A DNA stretch of 64,000 nt from Candidatus Eiseniibacteriota bacterium. GTDB lineage: Bacteria > Eisenbacteria > RBG-16-71-46 > JABDJR01. Positions within the stretch are counted from its first letter, which is position 1. Each line of letters opens with the position of its first letter. Positions 59,694-64,000 of the stretch are shown here, piece after piece. Below the pieces are notes generated by a model. That model was not told the origin of the DNA and ran no database searches. It was given only the letters and a program-made list of their open reading frames with translations. Location of the stretch: assembly GCA_963762255.1 (NCBI GenBank), contig CAVXKA010000003.1, positions 1 to 64,000 of the forward strand, given 5' to 3'. The translations under genes and the position numbers were made by a program.

Positions 59694-61448
59694 TCATGGC
59701 TCCGGTTCATCCGGGGATCCCGCCGAGAGGTGGATCACCTGGAAATAGACCAAGTCCTCGGGTAGCCCGGGGATGGAGGCTCCGTCCGGAGGCGGGGCGC
59801 CCCGCAGCCGTGCGGCCGTCGCCTCCGCTTCAGCGAAGTACCGAGCGTAGTCATCCTTTCGGGAATCCGCCGACGGCTGCCCCGTCGGCCGTGCCGATGC
59901 CGCGAGCGCCTCGCGGATTCCGAATCTGGGTGTTTCCCCGCCGCACTCCTTTTCGTGGCACCAGGCCCCGGTTGCCATATCGAACCGGTAGAGCGGTAGG
60001 AACAGGTGCCCCACCTCCGCCAGGAACTCCACCGCCCGGCCGATGTAGTCCACGTCCTCGTCGTCCATACAGTAGTGCAACGATAACCGCACCCAGCCGG
60101 GTTTGATCCCCTGGCATCCGGCGTGGATCGCGTCGCGGTAGCGATGCGACTCCTCCGGGCCGATGTTCAGGAGTCGATGCCCGTACGGTCCCGCGCACGA
60201 GCATCCCGCGCGGGACTGAATGCCGAAGAGATCGTTGAGGAGCCGCGTCACCAGCTTGGGGTGGAGGTAGCGGTCCTTGTGGCGAAGATTGAACGAGACG
60301 ATTCCGATCCGCCGGTCGGGGTCGGGATTGCCGAGAACTTCGATCCCCGGGTGGCGCAGCAAGCGCTCCATCATCCGCCGCGTCAAGTCCCGCTCGCGGC
60401 CCTCGATGACGTCCTGCCCGATCGCTTCCTTGAGTTCGATGGCGAGCATGGCCTTGAGGAGTTGCAGCGTACCCGGCGTGCCCGGCTTTTCGCGGGTCTC
60501 GATGTCCGCCGTGTAATCCTGATCGTCTGGACCGACGTAGTCCACGGTGCCGCCGGATGCAAACGTGGGAGGGAGATCGTCGCGGTAGATACGACGGTTG
60601 AAGAGCAAGAGCCCGCTCGTGCCCGGCCCGCCCAGGAACTTGTGCGGCGAGAAGAACACGGCATCGAAGTAGGCTTCAGAGTCCCGATTCATGTCGATCG
60701 TGACGTAGGGCGCGCACGCGGCAAAGTCGAAGCAGGCCAGGGCGCCGTGGCGGTGCAAGATGCGCGCGGCATCGTAGACCGGGGTGCGCATGCCGGTGAC
60801 GTTGGAGGCCGCCGAGAGCGACCCGATCTTGAATCGTCCCTCGTACCTCGGATCGCCCGCCTTGCGATCGAGGTCGACCATGTCGAGGCCTCCGTCCGGA
60901 GCAAGACCGATCTCCACCACCTCGGCCAGCGACTCCCGCCACGACACTTCGTTCGAATGGTGCTCGTAGGGGCCCACGAACACGACCGGACGGCAAAGTC
61001 GGATGTGGGCCATGAACGAGCCGAAGGCGTCGACACCGGTGGTCTCGGCCTGCACCCGACCTTCGCGCTCCAGGAACGCGCGGGTAGCCGGCGGGATGTA
61101 CACCCCGAGGATCTCCTGCAAGCGCTTGATCGCGCCGGTGGCTCCCGTCCCCACCGCGATGATGCGGGTGTCGGCATCGCCGTTCACCGAGCGCTTGATC
61201 ACGTCCTCCGCGTGGTGGAGCATGCGAGTGGTGCTGCGGCCGGTGACATCGTCTTCCGTGTGGGTGTTGGCGTAGCTCTCCTGGATGCGGACGAGATGAT
61301 CCTCGATGAAGCGCACGCCACGCCCGGAGGCGGTGTAGTCGGCGTAAACCATCCGCCGTTCTCCGAACGGGGTCCGGAAACGGAAGTCGCAACCCAGGAT
61401 CTCCTCGCGGAGCCGATCGATGTCGAGCCGAGGCAGGGCAACGTCCAT
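59694..61448 (-). CDS. Class V PLP aminotransferase (cysteine desulfurase/selenocysteine lyase-like)
   Basis: YADYTASGR, YANTH, EHHSN, ASNVTG, SPHKFLGG (PLP Lys), SRAGCSCA. Confidence 0.9.
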   Translation of the reverse strand: MDVALPRLDIDRLREEILGCDFRFRTPFGERRMVYADYTASGRGVRFIEDHLVRIQESYANTHTEDDVTGRSTTRMLHHAEDVIKRSVNGDADTRIIAVGTGATGAIKRLQEILGVYIPPATRAFLEREGRVQAETTGVDAFGSFMAHIRLCRPVVFVGPYEHHSNEVSWRESLAEVVEIGLAPDGGLDMVDLDRKAGDPRYEGRFKIGSLSAASNVTGMRTPVYDAARILHRHGALACFDFAACAPYVTIDMNRDSEAYFDAVFFSPHKFLGGPGTSGLLLFNRRIYRDDLPPTFASGGTVDYVGPDDQDYTADIETREKPGTPGTLQLLKAMLAIELKEAIGQDVIEGRERDLTRRMMERLLRHPGIEVLGNPDPDRRIGIVSFNLRHKDRYLHPKLVTRLLNDLFGIQSRAGCSCAGPYGHRLLNIGPEESHRYRDAIHAGCQGIKPGWVRLSLHYCMDDEDVDYIGRAVEFLAEVGHLFLPLYRFDMATGAWCHEKECGGETPRFGIREALAASARPTGQPSADSRKDDYARYFAEAEATAARLRGAPPPDGASIPGLPEDLVYFQVIHLSAGSPDEPEP

Positions 61449-61652
61449 GCGTGGTGTCCTCCGAGACCGCGCAGAGAATACCCGCACCGCGGGAATCAGG
61501 CCACACCACCGCACCGGCCGCCGCGGCACCACCTGGTTGCCTCACGACCCGGGCCCGGTTACGGTTATGCTCCTCGGTCGGTCCCGAGGGCCCGATTCCG
61601 CCGGCGATCGCGCGAGGGTCGCCGTACCCCCTTGCATGGAGGAGGCAACGCT

Positions 61653-62909
61653 GTGTTCGGAAAGCACGAGACGGAGATCCTGGTCGTCGGTGCGGGCCCG
61701 GTGGGTCTGTTTGCCGCGGCGGAGTTCACTCGGCGCGGGTTGAAGACCGAGATCGTCGAGGCCGAGTCCCAGGGGGCCGGCTTGAGCTACGCCCTCGCCC
61801 TCCATCCCCGCTCGGTCGAGCTTCTCGAGCCGCTGGGCCTGGCCGACGACGCGGTGCGGGCCGGATACCGCGTGGACCGCCTCGCGTTCTACGAGGGGGC
61901 CGCGCGCCGGGCCGATGTCGATCTCGCCGCGATCGGCGGCAAGCATCCCTACCTCACCATCGTCCCGCAGAGCCTCCTCGAAGCCGCTCTCGAAGAGTGG
62001 CTCCACCGGCACAAGGTCCAGGTCCAATGGCGACACAGGGTCACCGGAATACGCCAAGCGGACAGCCCCGCCGAGGTCACCCTTGAGCGCTGGGGCGAGG
62101 ACATGGTGGGCTACGCGGTAGCCCGCCGCACCCGCGTGATCGAGAAGACCTTTCCGATGCGGGCGCGTTTCGTCCTCGGCGCCGACGGGCACAGCTCGGT
62201 CGTTCGCCGCCGTCTCGACATCGGCTACCCCGAACTCGCGCCCCCAGCGCTCTTCGCCGTGTTCGAGTTCGAAACCGACGCGGACCTGCAGCACGAGGCG
62301 CGGGTCATCCTGGACGACGGCGCGACGAGCGTGCTCTGGCCCTTGCCGAACGGCCGCTGCCGCTGGAGCTTCCAGCTCACCGATCCCGAGGCGTTCGAGG
62401 GGGAACGCGTGAAGAACCGCCTCTCCGAGATCGGCCGCTGGGTCTTCCCCACGTTGGACGAGGATCGTCTGCGGGCTCTCATCGCCGAGCGCGCGCCTTG
62501 GTTCACGTACGCCATCAAGGATGTCATCTGGTCGGTGGCGATCAAGTTCGAGCAGCGGCTGGCATCCTGCTTCGGGCGCGGCGGCCTCTGGCTCACAGGC
62601 GACGCCGCCCACCTCGCCGGCCCGGTTGGCGTCCAGAGCATGAACGTGGGATTCCAGGAGGCGCACGACCTGGCCAAGCGCTTCGAGTCCATCCTGCGCG
62701 GCGGCGCTTCACCGGCGACGCTTGCCGAATACGACACGATGTGGCGCAGGGAATGGCGGCGATTGCTCAACCTGGACGGGGCACTGCGGGTAGGGGCCGG
62801 CGCCTCCCCCTTCGTGGGCAGGAACGCGCCGAGGATCCTCTCCTGCCTGCCGGCCTCCGGCGCGCACCTCGATGCACTGCTCCGGCAGCTCGATCTCACC
62901 GTCGGCTAG
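61653..62909 (+). CDS. FAD-dependent monooxygenase (UbiH/PheA-like)
   Basis: GGAGG RBS and GTG; VVGAGPVG, GADGHSSVVR, GDAAH..GPVGVQSMN. Confidence 0.9.
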   Translation: MFGKHETEILVVGAGPVGLFAAAEFTRRGLKTEIVEAESQGAGLSYALALHPRSVELLEPLGLADDAVRAGYRVDRLAFYEGAARRADVDLAAIGGKHPYLTIVPQSLLEAALEEWLHRHKVQVQWRHRVTGIRQADSPAEVTLERWGEDMVGYAVARRTRVIEKTFPMRARFVLGADGHSSVVRRRLDIGYPELAPPALFAVFEFETDADLQHEARVILDDGATSVLWPLPNGRCRWSFQLTDPEAFEGERVKNRLSEIGRWVFPTLDEDRLRALIAERAPWFTYAIKDVIWSVAIKFEQRLASCFGRGGLWLTGDAAHLAGPVGVQSMNVGFQEAHDLAKRFESILRGGASPATLAEYDTMWRREWRRLLNLDGALRVGAGASPFVGRNAPRILSCLPASGAHLDALLRQLDLTVG

Positions 62910-62929
62910 CCTTCAGCCGGAGCGATCGA

Positions 62930-64000
62930 TCACTGGACCCTCTCGGCCTCCCGGCGCGCCCGCTCGCCTCGCGTGAGTCGCATCTTCACCGCGTTTCCGA
63001 GATCGTCGAAGAACGTGTAGACCACCGGGAGCACGACCAGAGTCAGGATACTGCTGGTGATGAGCCCGCCCACCACGGCACGCGCCATCGGCGCGCGGAA
63101 CTCCGCACCCGCCCCCAGAGCCAGTGCCAGCGGCATCATGCCGAAGATCATCGCGAGGGTCGTCATGACGATGGGCCGGAGCCGGATCTCCCCGGCGTCG
63201 ATGAGCGCGGTGCGCCGGTCGATCCCCTTCGCCCGCCTCTGGTTGGCGAACTCGACCAGGAGGATCGCGTTCTTGGTCACGAGCCCGATGAGCAGGATGA
63301 CTCCGATCATGCTCATGAGGTTGAACGTGCTGCCGCTTACCAAGAGGGCGATCATCACGCCGACCATGGACAGCGGCACCGCGACCATGATCGCCAACGG
63401 GTGGAGGAACGATCCGAACTGACTGGCCAGCACCAGGTAGATGAAGATGATGGCCAGGATGAGACTCTCGACGATGTATCCGACGGTCTCCGCGAAGTCC
63501 TCGCTCTCCCCTCCGAAGGCCACTCCGTAGCCTGTGGGAATCGCGATCGACGCGATGTTCTTCTTCATGTCCCCGGTCACCGCCGTCATGGAGCGACCGT
63601 CGTAGTTCGCCTCCACCATCACGACCCGTTGCATGTCGCGCCGGTCGATCTTCTGCGGGCTGGCGCCCGGGATGATCGACGCCACGTGGCCGAGACGGAT
63701 CACCCGGGACGCTCCGGTCGCGGGATCGATCCCGCCCGCCGCCAGAGGCAGCGAGGCGAGCTGCTCCACCGAGCGGCGCGCCGTCTCCGGCAGGCGAACG
63801 ATGACGTCGTGCTGTTCCCCGCCGGGGTCCTCCCAGGTCGAGACCTTTTCAGAAGCCATGGCGGGTCGGAGCATCTGCGCCACCGCGCCCACCCCCACCC
63901 CCAACTCGCTCGCCTTCTGGCGGTCGATGCGCACCTGGACCTCGGGGCGGTCCTCCTCCAGGCCGGACTGCGCTTCGATCGCGCCGGGCGTGGACCGCAC
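62930..64000 (-). CDS. RND efflux permease (AcrB/MdtBC family), C-terminal part
   Basis: YLVLASQFGS, GLVTKNAILLVEF, RLRPIVMTT, GGLITS. Confidence 0.93.
   Translation of the reverse strand: MRSTPGAIEAQSGLEEDRPEVQVRIDRQKASELGVGVGAVAQMLRPAMASEKVSTWEDPGGEQHDVIVRLPETARRSVEQLASLPLAAGGIDPATGASRVIRLGHVASIIPGASPQKIDRRDMQRVVMVEANYDGRSMTAVTGDMKKNIASIAIPTGYGVAFGGESEDFAETVGYIVESLILAIIFIYLVLASQFGSFLHPLAIMVAVPLSMVGVMIALLVSGSTFNLMSMIGVILLIGLVTKNAILLVEFANQRRAKGIDRRTALIDAGEIRLRPIVMTTLAMIFGMMPLALALGAGAEFRAPMARAVVGGLITSSILTLVVLPVVYTFFDDLGNAVKMRLTRGERARREAERVQ

Noticed and set aside
6440-62909. Long antisense and alternate-frame ORFs (e.g. 12409-15924 +, 6440-8830 +, 26638-28782 +, N-terminal half of 60123-62909 +)
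   Set aside because: Shadow ORFs typical of high-GC DNA; they overlap well-supported genes and lack recognisable motifs.
6301-64000. Genome-wide UGA reassignment (code 4 or 25) as the explanation for the read-through at 52663
   Set aside because: tsf, rel, dxr, rseP, rpsB and others end at TGA exactly where expected, often overlapping the next start, so the standard code applies.

Overview
The window looks like three unrelated pieces joined end to end. Segment A (1-~1617, very GC-rich, actinobacterial-like) holds a CoA-transferase fragment, a TetR regulator and an MFS transporter. Segment B (~1618-~6300, much more AT-rich, indel-rich, planctomycete-like) holds an unusual lipid cluster (OleD/3-beta-HSD-like reductase, FabF-like ketosynthase, ACP, phytoene-desaturase-like oxidoreductase), a REP-like inverted repeat and a truncated RNase H-like gene. 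Segment C (~6301-64000, GC-rich diderm, inferred Eisenbacteria/Latescibacterota-like) carries the rplM-rpsI / rpsB-tsf-pyrH-frr-uppS-cdsA-dxr-GT4-rseP-Omp85-tamB-uvrD region, recJ-rel-dtd-maf-mtnA, a bacilliredoxin, a peptidase/beta-propeller/Omp85 operon, rnpB, two tRNAs, a compact T2SS/type IV pilus cluster flanked by GT-C-like membrane proteins, two-component genes and an RND pump fragment. The top finding is a secreted CBM6-like protein (52297-52851) that the ORF track cuts at an in-frame TGA. The frame continues for 61 more sense codons, completes the fold and ends in a TWGxIKxxY motif, and the TGA is followed by a bacterial SECIS-like hairpin with a GGUC loop. This is a candidate extracellular selenoprotein. 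All calls come from reading motifs by eye; no searches were run.
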